Shown here: positions 47,963 to 58,979 of the stretch, one piece after another
Layout of the letters: every line of letters begins with the position of its first letter
Position numbering within the stretch: the stretch's first letter is position 1
NCBI GenBank assembly: GCA_963665275.2
Contig: CAXXIN010000007.1
Location: 32,001-96,000, forward strand
Direction of reading: 5' to 3'
From: Negativicutes bacterium
GTDB taxonomy: Bacteria > Bacillota > Negativicutes > UBA1444
Length of the DNA: 64,000 nt
Program-made: the position numbers and the translations under genes
The notes under the pieces: model-generated
Database searches by the model: none
What the model was told of the DNA's origin: nothing
The model's input: only the letters and a program-made list of their open reading frames with translations

Positions 47963-49849
47963 TTACTTCAGGCACCCCTGCAGGAACTTCTCCATCGCCT
48001 CGTAAAACTCGAACCTATTCTCTTCATTATGAAAACCATGGCCTTCATTTTCCTTGACCATATACTCCACAGTGACGCCCCTGGCAGCCAGCGCCGCCAC
48101 CATCTGGTCCGACTCCGCCTTGTTCACGCGAGGATCGCGGGCGCCCTGCGCAATGAAAAGCGGCACTTTGATCTGGTCGGCGTGGAATGCGGGTGAAATG
48201 GCCTTCAGTAGTTCCTCATCCTTTTCCGGGTGGCCAACCTTTTCATAGAACTCGGCCATCAGCGGTTTCCAATACGGAGGAATCGTTTTGAGCAGTGTAA
48301 AGATGTTGGAAACACCGACATAATCGACGCCGCAGGCATAGACATCCGGTGTGAAAGCCAGTCCGGCCAGCACCGCATAACCGCCGTAACTGCCCCCGTA
48401 AATCGCGACGCGCTTCGGATCGGCGATGCCCTGTTTCACCAGCCAGTCCGCCCCATCGGTGATGTCGTTCTGCATCTTATTTCCCCATTGTTTGAAACCG
48501 GCTTCCCAGAACGCCCGTCCGTAGCCGGTCGAGCCCCGGTAATTCATCTGCAGTACGGCGAATCCACGGTTGGCCAGGAGCTGCACTTCCGAGTTAAAGC
48601 CCCAGTTGTCGCGCACCCAGGGTCCGCCATGCGGATTGACGACGACCGGTAGGTTTTTGGCTTCCTTTCCCTTGGGCAGCGTCAAGTATCCATTGATGGT
48701 CAGCCCATCCCGGCTCTTGTAGCTGATAGGTCGCATATCGGCCATGTCCTTTTCATTCAGCCAGGGCGAAAGCTCACGCCACTTTGTCAGCTTTCCTGTC
48801 TTTGAATCGAAAATGTAGTAAGCGCCGCGGGATTTGTCACTGTAGGTACGAACGACGAATTTCTCCTCCGCCTTGTCGATGGAGGTCAATGCCACTTCGT
48901 AGCCAGGCAGCTGTTTTTCCAAGGTGGCATAAATGTTGCGAATCTTGCTGTCGAAAAAGTGTCTGTGGCTCTTGTCCGTTGTATATCCGACACTCGTCAG
49001 CACCTTGCGGACCCGCGACCAGCCAGCACCGCCCACATCCACTTCAGGATGCGAATACAGCATCTGAATTTCCTTGCCATCCGCCGGGTTGATCAGGACC
49101 AACGCCTTGCGGTCGCGGCCGATGTTCGAAGTCGCATACAGGTTCCGGTTATCCGCCGAGAAAAAATACGGCGACACCTGATCTTTGAATCCAGTGGTGA
49201 TGATCGGGCGGAATTCCTGTGCTTCCGTCTCGCGATAAAGCAGGATATTCTGGTTCGCTTCCGCATCTTTGGCCATTGCCACGCGGAGTTTCCCTTCGTG
49301 GTCCGTCAAATATCCCACATAATTGCCCGGATTTTCGGCCACCATCGTCATTTCACCTGTCACGACATTGAGCCGATACACGTCGAAAACATCCAGTCGA
49401 CGTTGGTTCATGTCGATCAGTATCTCGTTTTCGACATCTTCCAGATCATCCGTCACTCCGGCCCGTACACCGGGGAATGGAGTCAAATCGCGGGTTTTTC
49501 CTGCAACAAGATCGACCGCGTACAGATGATAGTTCTCATCGCCGCCGTCATCCTTGAGATAGATCAGCGTATTGGCGTTTTTCCAGAAGTAGCCGCCGAT
49601 GTCGCGATCCCGGACATCCGTCACCTGGCGCGGCTTTTCATCTCCTATTTTCTGTACGAACAGATTCAGCCGCTGTTCCACAGGTGCCAGAAAGGCTACC
49701 TGCAAACCGTCCGGCGACAACTCCAGCGCCGAAAGCTCGGGGTTCCTGAAAAAATCGCGCAATGGCACAATCGGCGCTGCCTCACCGGTCGCCATCCCGC
49801 CAAACGCAATACTAATCGTCAAAACTAAAGCCCACCTTTTCCAATTCAT
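47963..49849 (-). CDS. Secreted S9-family (prolyl oligopeptidase-like) aminopeptidase
   Basis: Signal peptide, PHGGP, NYRGSTGYG, GGSYGG, DPRV, EGHGF. Confidence 0.92.
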   Translation of the reverse strand: MNWKRWALVLTISIAFGGMATGEAAPIVPLRDFFRNPELSALELSPDGLQVAFLAPVEQRLNLFVQKIGDEKPRQVTDVRDRDIGGYFWKNANTLIYLKDDGGDENYHLYAVDLVAGKTRDLTPFPGVRAGVTDDLEDVENEILIDMNQRRLDVFDVYRLNVVTGEMTMVAENPGNYVGYLTDHEGKLRVAMAKDAEANQNILLYRETEAQEFRPIITTGFKDQVSPYFFSADNRNLYATSNIGRDRKALVLINPADGKEIQMLYSHPEVDVGGAGWSRVRKVLTSVGYTTDKSHRHFFDSKIRNIYATLEKQLPGYEVALTSIDKAEEKFVVRTYSDKSRGAYYIFDSKTGKLTKWRELSPWLNEKDMADMRPISYKSRDGLTINGYLTLPKGKEAKNLPVVVNPHGGPWVRDNWGFNSEVQLLANRGFAVLQMNYRGSTGYGRAFWEAGFKQWGNKMQNDITDGADWLVKQGIADPKRVAIYGGSYGGYAVLAGLAFTPDVYACGVDYVGVSNIFTLLKTIPPYWKPLMAEFYEKVGHPEKDEELLKAISPAFHADQIKVPLFIAQGARDPRVNKAESDQMVAALAARGVTVEYMVKENEGHGFHNEENRFEFYEAMEKFLQGCLK

Positions 49850-49891
49850 TTCTTATGCCCTCCATAGTTATTCCCGATCCGAGTCGACAGC

Positions 49892-50539
49892 TTAATGCGT
49901 CTTGCCGTCGCCTACCGAAATATCGGTTTCATAGGTGATCGCGGCTTCCAGAGCCGCCTCCAGACCTTTCACGATCGTTTCCACGGCCATGCTGGGCTGC
50001 GCCCCGATCCGGGCAGCCTGTTCCGGCAGGTACGGGATATGCACGAAGCCGCCCCTGACTTTCCCGCCTGACTGGGCCAGATGATGCATCAAGCCGTAAA
50101 ACAGATGATTGCAGACAAAAGTCCCGGCGGAATTGGAAACAGAAGCGGGGATGCCTGCTTCCCGCATTGCCACTACCATGGCCTTGATCGGCAGCGTGCT
50201 CCAGTATGCCGCAGGTGCACCCTTGACAATCGGCTCATCGACGGGCTGGAATCCGCCATTATCCGGTATGCGGTAATCATCCATATTGATCGCCACCCGC
50301 TCCGGTGTGATCTCCAGACGCCCGCCAGCCTGTCCTACCGCCAGCACCAGCGCTGGATCGGTCTCTTGGCAGAATTTCACGATGGCATCAATCGCCTCGA
50401 ACCGCGTTACAGGCAATTCCCTTGTCACGATCCGACAGCCGCCAATGATGCGGCCATCCAGCAGCTTGATCGCCTCCAGAGCCGGATTGACCGGCTCACC
50501 GCCGAACGGAACAAAGCCTGTCACCAACACATTACGCAT
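49892..50539 (-). CDS. pcp: Pyroglutamyl-peptidase I
   Basis: [33 protein letters not shown]. Confidence 0.95.
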   Translation of the reverse strand: MRNVLVTGFVPFGGEPVNPALEAIKLLDGRIIGGCRIVTRELPVTRFEAIDAIVKFCQETDPALVLAVGQAGGRLEITPERVAINMDDYRIPDNGGFQPVDEPIVKGAPAAYWSTLPIKAMVVAMREAGIPASVSNSAGTFVCNHLFYGLMHHLAQSGGKVRGGFVHIPYLPEQAARIGAQPSMAVETIVKGLEAALEAAITYETDISVGDGKTH

Positions 50540-50575
50540 CTCAGTTGTTCTCCTTTACATACAAATTTTCAAGAA

Positions 50576-51502
50576 CTATTTCCCGGGGAATGCCAGAAAA
50601 TACATCAGAAAAATATTCACGATTAGTAGGGGAACTGCTGTCATCACCTGGGCCTTGATGACTCCGTTCTTGTCCTGCATTTCCAGCAATGCGGCCGGTA
50701 CCACGTTGAAGTTGGCCGCCATGGGAGTCAGCAATGTTCCGCAATAGCCTGACAGCATGGCAATCACACCGGCGATGGCCGGGTCCGCCCCATGCATCTT
50801 GATCACCAGGGGAATGCCGATGCCGGTCGTAATAACCGCAAAGGCCGCAAATGCATTGCCCATGACCATCGTGAACAGCGCCATTCCGACGCAGTAGGCA
50901 ACAACTGTAGCCAGCCGGATATCCACCGGCACGACAGTTGCCACCATTTCAGCTACAACCTTGCCAACGCCGGCCTTGTCGAACAGGAAGCCCAGCGCCG
51001 CCAGGAACTGGGACAGGATGATGGCCCAGCCGATCGCGTCAAGCATCCGCCGGCCTTCTTGAAAAGCCTGCACCGGCATGATCCGCGTCAACAAAAAGGC
51101 CAATACCAGCGCCACAACAGACCCGATGCCCAGTCCGACCAACGCTCCCATCTTGGGCGCCAGCCAAGCCACCAGGAACGTCACCAGCGGTACTGCCAGC
51201 GCCGGTCCGAACAGCCACATGCCATATTTATCCGCCATTTTGCGCCGGAATTCGGTTGCGGCGCTGAGATAGTCGCCCATACCCATCCATTTGGCCCCGG
51301 CGATCAATGCCATGACGACCACCATCCCGCCGACTACCGCCGGTGGAATCTCTTTACCCCAGATAAACGTGATCCCATAGATTCCCCAGAACATCGCCGT
51401 GCCCCATTTTCCCGCATGTTTCTTGTCCAGCACGGTCAAAACGGTAAAGATCAGCAAAAACACGCCTGTGACTGCATAAATCTGATCCAGTGTGACAGTC
51501 AT
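50576..51502 (-). CDS. DUF979-family membrane protein (putative 5-oxoproline transporter subunit)
   Basis: MGNAFAAF, GYCGTLLTPMAANFNVVPAALLE; upstream of pcp. Confidence 0.85.
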   Translation of the reverse strand: MTVTLDQIYAVTGVFLLIFTVLTVLDKKHAGKWGTAMFWGIYGITFIWGKEIPPAVVGGMVVVMALIAGAKWMGMGDYLSAATEFRRKMADKYGMWLFGPALAVPLVTFLVAWLAPKMGALVGLGIGSVVALVLAFLLTRIMPVQAFQEGRRMLDAIGWAIILSQFLAALGFLFDKAGVGKVVAEMVATVVPVDIRLATVVAYCVGMALFTMVMGNAFAAFAVITTGIGIPLVIKMHGADPAIAGVIAMLSGYCGTLLTPMAANFNVVPAALLEMQDKNGVIKAQVMTAVPLLIVNIFLMYFLAFPGK

Positions 51503-52182
51503 GCCTGCTCACCTCCCTTGTTGTTCCTGCCTGCGGCCTTGATCGACCGGTCCAGCAGGAGGAAGCGCACCAATGCGATGGCAGAAGCAGCGACTGCCGA
51601 TGGGATCGCATATTGCGCCATCACCATCAAATCGACCTTATAACCGGCGTTTTCCAGCACCCCTTTAACCAGTAATAACCCACCGGCTGCCGGAAACAAC
51701 AGCTGGCCGAAGAAATTGCCGTAATTCTCGGCGGAAGCTGACATCCCGCGGACGCGGTCCATCCATGCCGTTCCTTTGACGCCCTCCCGGATAGCTGCCG
51801 CCTCCGTCATCGGTGCGATGATAGGCCGGATGAAACTCGGATGACCACCCAGCTGCAAGCCCAATCCGACCGTCACCTGCCGAAACAGCTGATACACGAA
51901 CATGACTCTGCCTGCCGTCAGTGTTTGCATGCTGCGGATGATATCCTCCGCTTTTTCACGCAGTCCGAATCGTTCCAAAATGCCGATGACCGGCAGCACC
52001 AGAATGAGCAGGGACATATAACGGTTGGTGACAAAAGCCTGGCCAATCGCCGTCAAAATGTCTATTGGCGTCATTCCTGCCACCAGGCCAGTGGCAAATC
52101 CGGCCACCAGAACGACCAGGAGGGGATTAAAACGAAATACTAGTCCGACGATAACGATTGCGACTCCAATTAATTTGATCAA
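51499..52182 (-). CDS. DUF969-family membrane protein
   Basis: LIGV..FNPLLVV, LPVIGILER.GL, GGHP..IRP..APM, ENYGNFFGQ. Confidence 0.85.
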   Translation of the reverse strand: MIKLIGVAIVIVGLVFRFNPLLVVLVAGFATGLVAGMTPIDILTAIGQAFVTNRYMSLLILVLPVIGILERFGLREKAEDIIRSMQTLTAGRVMFVYQLFRQVTVGLGLQLGGHPSFIRPIIAPMTEAAAIREGVKGTAWMDRVRGMSASAENYGNFFGQLLFPAAGGLLLVKGVLENAGYKVDLMVMAQYAIPSAVAASAIALVRFLLLDRSIKAAGRNNKGGEQA

Positions 52183-52399
52183 AATTTCATCCTCCTTTGC
52201 TATGTATGATCGTCAAGAATCCGCGAGAGACGGAAATTTATGGTTTTGTTCAATCATCCGTACTATATTCATGTTCCACACCTGTGCCCTGACTCCTGCA
52301 ATCAAGCGTCTTCCGGCGATAAAATACGCATTTTCAGGCACACCCCCTTGCCGGATATGGTAAAATTAGAGATATCATAATGAACAGGAGGACTCCGTC

Positions 52400-54328
52400 A
52401 TGACACAACATCCTATTGGCAAAGAAACTCGTGAGTTTCAGACCGAAACCAAACAACTCCTCGACCTGATGATCCACTCCATCTACACCAATCGGGAGAT
52501 ATTCCTACGGGAATTGATCTCCAACGCCTCCGATGCCATCGATAAAATCAGGGTCCAATCGCTGACCAACCATGAACTGTTGGAAAACGACCCCAATTTT
52601 GAAATAACCCTCGCCGCCGATGAACAGGCGCATACCCTGACCATCTCGGACAATGGCATTGGCATGACCTACGATGAAGTCGTCGAAAACATCGGCACCA
52701 TCGCTAAATCGGGCACCAAATCGTTCCTGGAGAAACTGAAGGAAGCCGGCACGGTCGGCGACAGTGAGCTCATCGGCCAGTTCGGCGTAGGCTTCTACTC
52801 CGCGTTCATGGTAGCGGACAAAGTCACCCTGATCACCCGCGCACCCGGCGAAGCCAAGGGCGTTCGCTGGGAATCCATCGGTGACGGCACCTATACCATC
52901 GAAGAATGCGAACGGGAAAAACGCGGCACCAGCCTCATCCTCTCACTCCATACCGATTTCCACTCCCCCGAACATCCGGAAGAAAACTTCCTCAACCAGT
53001 ACACCCTGCAACGACTGGTCAAAAAATACTCCGACTACATCCGTTACCCAATCAAAATGACCTTCACCGTCAAAGGCAAAGAAGGCGAAGCGGATACCCT
53101 CGAAGTCCGCACCTTGAACTCGATGACGCCGCTGTGGGTCAAGCCCAAAAACGAGATAACCCCGGAAGAGTATAGCCAGTTCTACAAGGAAGTCTTCCAC
53201 GCCTGGGATGACCCGCTCGAAATCATCCATACGAAGGCGGAAGGCGCTGTCGAATACACCACACTGCTCTTCATCCCCTCCCACGCTCCTTTCGACTTCT
53301 ACCAGCGGGAGATGACGTCAGGCATCAGGCTCTATTCGAAAAACGTCTTCGTCATGGATAACTACCAGGACCTGCTACCGGAATACCTCAGATTTGTCCG
53401 GGGCCTCGTCGATTCACCCGACTTCTCGCTCAACATCTCCCGCGAACTGCTCCAACACAGCAGCCAGATGAAAAAGATCGGCAAAAACCTGGAGAAGACC
53501 ATCTTCAAAACCTTGGAGAAACTCATCACCAAGGACCGGCCAAAATATGTGACCTTCTGGCAGGAATACGGCAAAGCCATCAAAAACGGCGTCTACGCCG
53601 ACTTCGCCAACCGCGAAAAACTGCAGGATCTGCTGATGTTCCCGTCTTCCCATTCTGCAGACGAGCAGACGACGATCGCGGAATATATCGAGCGCATGCC
53701 GGAAACACAGACCGTTATCTATTACGCTACAGGCAAGGATCGTGCCGCTGTCGAACGCCTGCCGCAAATGGAGATCCTGAAGGAGAAAGGTCTCGAAGTC
53801 CTCTACCTGTTCGACCGGGTCGATGAATTCGCGATCGATGCTCTGCGGGAATACAAGGATAAGAAGTTCCAGTCGGTCAGTCGCGGTGACCTGAAACTAA
53901 AAGAGCTCGATTCGCCGGCTGAAAAGAAAGACGACGAAACTCTCGCCAAAGAGAGCGAACCGTTGATTGCCGCCGTCAAGGAACAACTGAAAGGCCGCAT
54001 CGCCGACGTCAAAATCAGCAACCGGCTGAAATCCAGCCCAGTCTGCCTCGTCAGCGGAGACGAAGGCATCAGCCTGTCGATGGAGCAAATCCTGTCCGAA
54101 ATGGACAAGCCCATCTACAAAGCCAGCCGGATTCTGGAACTGAATCCTGAGCACGAGCTGTTCGGCGTCCTGAAAAATCTGTTCGCCACTGCCCCCGACT
54201 CTGAGAACTTCAAGGATTACTGCGAGCTGCTATATGGCCAGGCTCTCCTGATGGAAGGGCTGGCGCCGGAAGACCCGGCGGGCTTCGCCACCAAAGTCGC
54301 TCGCCTGATGACCAACCTATCCAAATAA
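52400..54328 (+). CDS. htpG: Hsp90 chaperone
   Basis: YTNREIFLRELISNASDA, DNGIGM, IGQFGVGFYS, LNISRE, ILELNP. Confidence 0.97.
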   Translation: MTQHPIGKETREFQTETKQLLDLMIHSIYTNREIFLRELISNASDAIDKIRVQSLTNHELLENDPNFEITLAADEQAHTLTISDNGIGMTYDEVVENIGTIAKSGTKSFLEKLKEAGTVGDSELIGQFGVGFYSAFMVADKVTLITRAPGEAKGVRWESIGDGTYTIEECEREKRGTSLILSLHTDFHSPEHPEENFLNQYTLQRLVKKYSDYIRYPIKMTFTVKGKEGEADTLEVRTLNSMTPLWVKPKNEITPEEYSQFYKEVFHAWDDPLEIIHTKAEGAVEYTTLLFIPSHAPFDFYQREMTSGIRLYSKNVFVMDNYQDLLPEYLRFVRGLVDSPDFSLNISRELLQHSSQMKKIGKNLEKTIFKTLEKLITKDRPKYVTFWQEYGKAIKNGVYADFANREKLQDLLMFPSSHSADEQTTIAEYIERMPETQTVIYYATGKDRAAVERLPQMEILKEKGLEVLYLFDRVDEFAIDALREYKDKKFQSVSRGDLKLKELDSPAEKKDDETLAKESEPLIAAVKEQLKGRIADVKISNRLKSSPVCLVSGDEGISLSMEQILSEMDKPIYKASRILELNPEHELFGVLKNLFATAPDSENFKDYCELLYGQALLMEGLAPEDPAGFATKVARLMTNLSK

Positions 54329-54354
54329 AACGTTAAACTGCTGCTATAATGCTA

Positions 54355-54407
54355 AAAAGGGTCTGTCTCAAGCAGGTATTAAAACCTACTTCAGGGACAG
54401 GCCCTTT
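54355..54407. terminator. Bidirectional terminator between htpG and cydC
   Basis: aaaagggtctgtctc ... gggacaggcccttt. Confidence 0.65.
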
Positions 54408-54456
54408 GACTTTTACCAAAATGCAATTATATCTTCTGTTCCAATTTGTCAGCGGG

Positions 54457-56184
54457 CTAACTAAAAACGTCTTGCTGCAACGCCAACATTTTATAAAGAA
54501 AACCTTGCTTAGCTAACAGTTCATTCCATCGCCCTTGCTCCACTATGCGCCCCCGGTCCAGCACCAGAATTTCATCCATATTTTGCAGGCCGTTCAGTTG
54601 ATGCGTGACCAAAACAACGCATCGCCCTTCCCGCATGATCGCCCCTCCCTCAGCCAACAATTGGCTGGCCAGATGAGGGTCCAGTCCAGCAGCCGGTTCA
54701 TCCAGGAGAAGAATAGGAGGATCCTTCAGCAGCGCTCTCGCCAAAGACAGCCGTCGTCGTTCTCCGCCAGACAACCCCTGTCCCTCTTCGCCAACCATAC
54801 TATCCATACCGTTCGGCAATCCTCGGACCACCTCTCCCAAACAAACCTCTTCCAGCGCTTTCCACAATTCCTGGTCCGAAGCGCAGGGTTTGGCCAACCT
54901 GAGATTGTCCGCTACCGTAGCGTGGAAAATGTGATCGTTCTGCAATACCACCCCCATCGCTTCTTGCAGCGCGGCGGGAGAGATTTCCTGGATCGGTCGG
55001 CCGTTGAGCAAAACTGAACCGCACTCAGCGGTTTGCAGGCGGGACAGCAAGGCGATGATCGTACTTTTTCCAGCGCCGCTAGGCCCCACCACGGCGATAC
55101 GTTTGCCGGGAGCGAGCGCAAAACTGACTTGTCGAAGGGTGTAGACATCACCGGGCGGATAACGAAAACTCACATCGTTAAAAGCAACGTGGAATGGAGC
55201 CGCTAGAACTTGAGTTCCTACGGTGATGAGCGACAAGTCCCGGGTACCCGCCGAGAAAATCCGCTCTGCCGAATCACGGATTTCTTCCCAATATCGCCAG
55301 ATGCACGGTAATGGGAAAAATGCTTCAAAGCTGCTTTGGATTACCAGAGCCCACGTCGCCAGAAAAATTCCTTCGATTTTGCCGCAACGCACCAGGAACA
55401 CAAGCAATGCAAGCGCACCAATAAACACGACATTGGCAACCAGCTGTCCTCCCGCTTCCCCTAGCGCATCTTTTTGCCGGCATTGGCTCTGCGCTGACAA
55501 AAACGCTGAATTTGAGTCATGAAATCGCTCCAACATGAGGTTGCCTCGCCCAAAGGCCGACAAGTCCCGTAGTCCGCGAATACTGTCCAGAATCGATGCC
55601 TGAAAGCAGGCGCGCGCCGCAGCCAGGTTCCGATTCTTTTCGTTATCATCCCGATGGATCAATGCCGGGAGCAAAACGCCCATGGTGAGGAGGCCGCCAA
55701 AAAACCACAAGGCAAGCCAAAACTGTAACTGCGCCAACAGGAGGGTAACGGCAACGAGAACAAAAAAAGCGACGCCACCTGGAAGAATGATCCGAACCGG
55801 AAGAAACTTCAGGGTTTCCACATCTGCGACCATCCGGGTAAACAAATCGGCGGAAGAAAATCGGGCAAGGCCTGCCGGCGCCAGCGGTTCAAGCGAGCCA
55901 AAGAACCAGACTCTGATTTCACGCAACAAGCGCAGCGCAGCATCATGCCCGGCATATCTTTCAACATAACGGGAAAAAGCACGGCTTATACCGAAAAACC
56001 GCACCCCGACGATAGCAATGGAAAGTGCGGCAAACGGAGGATGCAGCGCCGCAAGTGAAAGCAGATAAGCAGAAGTAGCCATCAATCCGACATTCGCCGC
56101 AATGGTAACTACCGTGAATATTGCCGCCGCACACAGGGCAGGCCAGGTAGGAGCAATCAACGACAATAAACGTCGGATCAACAT
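54457..56184 (-). CDS. cydC: Thiol-reductant ABC exporter subunit
   Basis: VRFFGISRA.SRYVER..GHD, GPSGAGKS, LSGGERRR, LLDEP; start MLIRR. Confidence 0.92.
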   Translation of the reverse strand: MLIRRLLSLIAPTWPALCAAAIFTVVTIAANVGLMATSAYLLSLAALHPPFAALSIAIVGVRFFGISRAFSRYVERYAGHDAALRLLREIRVWFFGSLEPLAPAGLARFSSADLFTRMVADVETLKFLPVRIILPGGVAFFVLVAVTLLLAQLQFWLALWFFGGLLTMGVLLPALIHRDDNEKNRNLAAARACFQASILDSIRGLRDLSAFGRGNLMLERFHDSNSAFLSAQSQCRQKDALGEAGGQLVANVVFIGALALLVFLVRCGKIEGIFLATWALVIQSSFEAFFPLPCIWRYWEEIRDSAERIFSAGTRDLSLITVGTQVLAAPFHVAFNDVSFRYPPGDVYTLRQVSFALAPGKRIAVVGPSGAGKSTIIALLSRLQTAECGSVLLNGRPIQEISPAALQEAMGVVLQNDHIFHATVADNLRLAKPCASDQELWKALEEVCLGEVVRGLPNGMDSMVGEEGQGLSGGERRRLSLARALLKDPPILLLDEPAAGLDPHLASQLLAEGGAIMREGRCVVLVTHQLNGLQNMDEILVLDRGRIVEQGRWNELLAKQGFLYKMLALQQDVFS

Positions 56185-57908
56185 TCTTCCCTCCTCCCTG
56201 TTGCAATAAGCGAGGAATAGAATCCATGCCGTCCGCACAAGCTTACGTGAGTTCCCGACTCCACCAGTAATCCCTCATGAAAAACGAGCACTCGGTCCGC
56301 TTTTCGCGCCGTACTGGGACGATGCGCGATAACAAGTACCGTCCGGCGATCCTGAAGACGAAGGAGGGATTCCTGAATCAGCTTCTCGTTGAAAGGATCG
56401 AGTGCAGTCATCGCTTCATCCATTAACACTAGGGGCGCATCTCGGAAAAATGCGCGAGCAATGGCGATGCGTTGGGCCTCGCCGCCACTTATCCCAACGC
56501 CGCCTTCGCCTATTGGAGTGTCATATCCGGCAGGGAGTTGACGAATCCAGTCTTCCAGCCCCGACAATGCGGCTGCTTCTTCGACCTTGCCCGGTGAGTC
56601 CACGCCGTCAAAACGAATATTGTCGCGAATCGTTCCCTGAAACAAGTGAGGAAACTGAGGAACATAAGCGATGGAGGATAGCCAGTCTTGTTTTGCCAAA
56701 TCGGATAGTCGCTGTCCGTTAATCCATATTTCACCTTTTTGGGGTTGGATAAATCGCATCAACAAGTCAAAGGCCGTACTTTTCCCAGCGCCGCTGTGCC
56801 CAACCAAGGCCACTTTTTCGCCCGCCGCTATAGAAAAGCTGACGGAAGAAAGAGCAGGTCGCCGATTTTCAGCATAAGAAAAAGAGACGTCCTCAAACAA
56901 TAACGATGGAGCGCGCTCCATCCGAAAGTGTACCGGATTGGTCGGGCAACTTTCCGCTTTGCATGTCGTTAATAGTTCCTGTATTTTTTCCGCCGCGGTG
57001 ATTCCGGCTAACCCGGCGTGGTAATGAGTTCCCAGCAGGCGAAATGGAAAATAAAATTCCGGCGCCAGAACCAACACGAAAAAAGCCTGTTGGAAAGCAA
57101 GTTGCCCAAAAAGCAGTTTAAGCCCAACCACTACGGCAATCACGGCCGTTCCCAACGTAGCCAGCAGTTCCAGGACCAGCGCCGATAAAAATGCAACGCG
57201 CAATACACCGAGAGTGGAACGCCGGAGTTGTTCACTGAGGCGGGCGATCACTTCAATTTGTTCACGGCTTCTTCCCCATACTTTTAACGTAACCAAGCCG
57301 GTTAAAACGTCCAAAAAATGACCGCCAAGAAAATGAAAAAGCTTCCACTGCCTATTTTGCAGTTGTTCGGCCCATCGACCAATCAAAATCATGAAACAAG
57401 GAATCAGCGGGGCAGTAACGAGCAGGATAGCCGCAGCAGTGAAATCAACATTGAATACGCAAACCAGCACAACGACCGGAATGACCAGCACAGAAACCAA
57501 TTGGAGCAGGTATTTGGAAAAATAGGCATCGATGCCATCCATCCCGTCGCCCAGCAGGTGCAGGAGTTCTCCTGAACGTTCCTGGGCAACGCGCACCGGG
57601 CCGATAGCAAAAAAATGAGTGAGAATGCGTTGCCGCAATGAAGTTTTTATTGCCGCCGCCAAGTTAACACCAAGGCGCTCGCTGCCCCAGATCGCACTTG
57701 CCCTGATCACAGCCGCCGCCAGCATCACCGCAAAAAGAGGCCAGAGCTCGCCGATTCCTTGCTCAGCGAGAAAGGCCCCTTGAACGATGGCAGCAAAAGC
57801 GTAAGCCTGTGCGATAATGGCCAGGCATCCCAGCAGATTGATAATAACAAGACTCACCGCAAGCTTGCCGTGCGAGCGGAGTTCCTGCGCAAGAAGAGTT
57901 TGAAACAT
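56178..57908 (-). CDS. cydD: Thiol-reductant ABC exporter subunit
   Basis: PLIPCFMILIG, TLGVLRVAFLS, LAPEFYFP.R.LG..YH, GHSGAGKS, SGGEAQR. Confidence 0.92.
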   Translation of the reverse strand: MFQTLLAQELRSHGKLAVSLVIINLLGCLAIIAQAYAFAAIVQGAFLAEQGIGELWPLFAVMLAAAVIRASAIWGSERLGVNLAAAIKTSLRQRILTHFFAIGPVRVAQERSGELLHLLGDGMDGIDAYFSKYLLQLVSVLVIPVVVLVCVFNVDFTAAAILLVTAPLIPCFMILIGRWAEQLQNRQWKLFHFLGGHFLDVLTGLVTLKVWGRSREQIEVIARLSEQLRRSTLGVLRVAFLSALVLELLATLGTAVIAVVVGLKLLFGQLAFQQAFFVLVLAPEFYFPFRLLGTHYHAGLAGITAAEKIQELLTTCKAESCPTNPVHFRMERAPSLLFEDVSFSYAENRRPALSSVSFSIAAGEKVALVGHSGAGKSTAFDLLMRFIQPQKGEIWINGQRLSDLAKQDWLSSIAYVPQFPHLFQGTIRDNIRFDGVDSPGKVEEAAALSGLEDWIRQLPAGYDTPIGEGGVGISGGEAQRIAIARAFFRDAPLVLMDEAMTALDPFNEKLIQESLLRLQDRRTVLVIAHRPSTARKADRVLVFHEGLLVESGTHVSLCGRHGFYSSLIATGRREEC

Positions 57909-57974
57909 GCCCTCTCTCCATGAAAAAGCCGCCCAATCGCTACCGATTCAGGCGGCCGCCATTTTATCCATTGT

Positions 57975-58979
57975 TTAGTATTCTAGGTTCTTTCCCGATA
58001 CCCTTCGGCGAAAAACCCAGTAAGTCCATATTTGATACGCCAATACCACAGGAACCAAAATGAATGCTGCGACGGTCATCAGCTTCAGAGTGTAGGGGCT
58101 GGACGACGCATTATAGATAGTTAGGCTCCACGCGGGGTTCAGACTGGATACGATGAGTCTCGGAAACAATCCTAGGAAAAAAGCAACCGTCGTCAACAGA
58201 ATGGTGATCCCGCTCAAAGCAAAAGCCCCGGCAAAACGGCGAAGAACCACCAACGCAAAAGCAGCGACAAACGTCGCCACCGCCCCCCACAAAGCAATAC
58301 CAGCGGCCAAACTACTGAACAGATCGGTTTTCAAATACGTCAGACCAACCAAAGTGAGAACAGTCAAGGCCGCGACTACTCCCACGCCCAGAGCCGCCTG
58401 CCGGGACCGATTCACCAGCTGTCCCTCCGTCTTCAACGAAAGGTAAACCGCGCCATGGAAGACAAACACCGCCAAAAAAGCAACTCCGCCAATCAGCGTA
58501 TAAACACTCAACAAGTCAAAGAATGTGCCGACATAGTGCATCTTGGCATCTACAGGAACCCCTTGGATAAGATTCGTTACCGTAACTCCCCAAAGTATTG
58601 CCGGGATAATGCTGCCGGCAAAAATCAGCCAATCCCAGCTTGATCGCCAACGTGAGGAACTTTCTTTGCTGCGGAACTCAAAACCAACGCCTCTGACGAT
58701 TAAAGCGGCCAACATCAGGAAAAGAGCCAAATAGAAGCCACTGAACAACGTAGCGTATACATGAGGGAAAGCAGCGAACATGGCTCCCCCTGCCGTGACC
58801 ATCCAAACCTCGTTTCCATCCCAGACCGGTCCGATCGTATTGATGAGAATTCGTCGTTCAAGGTCATTTTTTCCCAGAAAGGGTAACAGCACTCCCACTC
58901 CGTAGTCGAATCCTTCCAAGAAGAAAAAGCCAATGAAAAGTACGGTCAAAAGAATAAACCAAATGACATTCAGTTCCAC
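57975..58979 (-). CDS. cydB: Cytochrome bd oxidase subunit II
   Basis: LEGFDYGVG, GPVWDGNEVW, FAAFP, RGVGFEFR. Confidence 0.95.
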   Translation of the reverse strand: MELNVIWFILLTVLFIGFFFLEGFDYGVGVLLPFLGKNDLERRILINTIGPVWDGNEVWMVTAGGAMFAAFPHVYATLFSGFYLALFLMLAALIVRGVGFEFRSKESSSRWRSSWDWLIFAGSIIPAILWGVTVTNLIQGVPVDAKMHYVGTFFDLLSVYTLIGGVAFLAVFVFHGAVYLSLKTEGQLVNRSRQAALGVGVVAALTVLTLVGLTYLKTDLFSSLAAGIALWGAVATFVAAFALVVLRRFAGAFALSGITILLTTVAFFLGLFPRLIVSSLNPAWSLTIYNASSSPYTLKLMTVAAFILVPVVLAYQIWTYWVFRRRVSGKNLEY

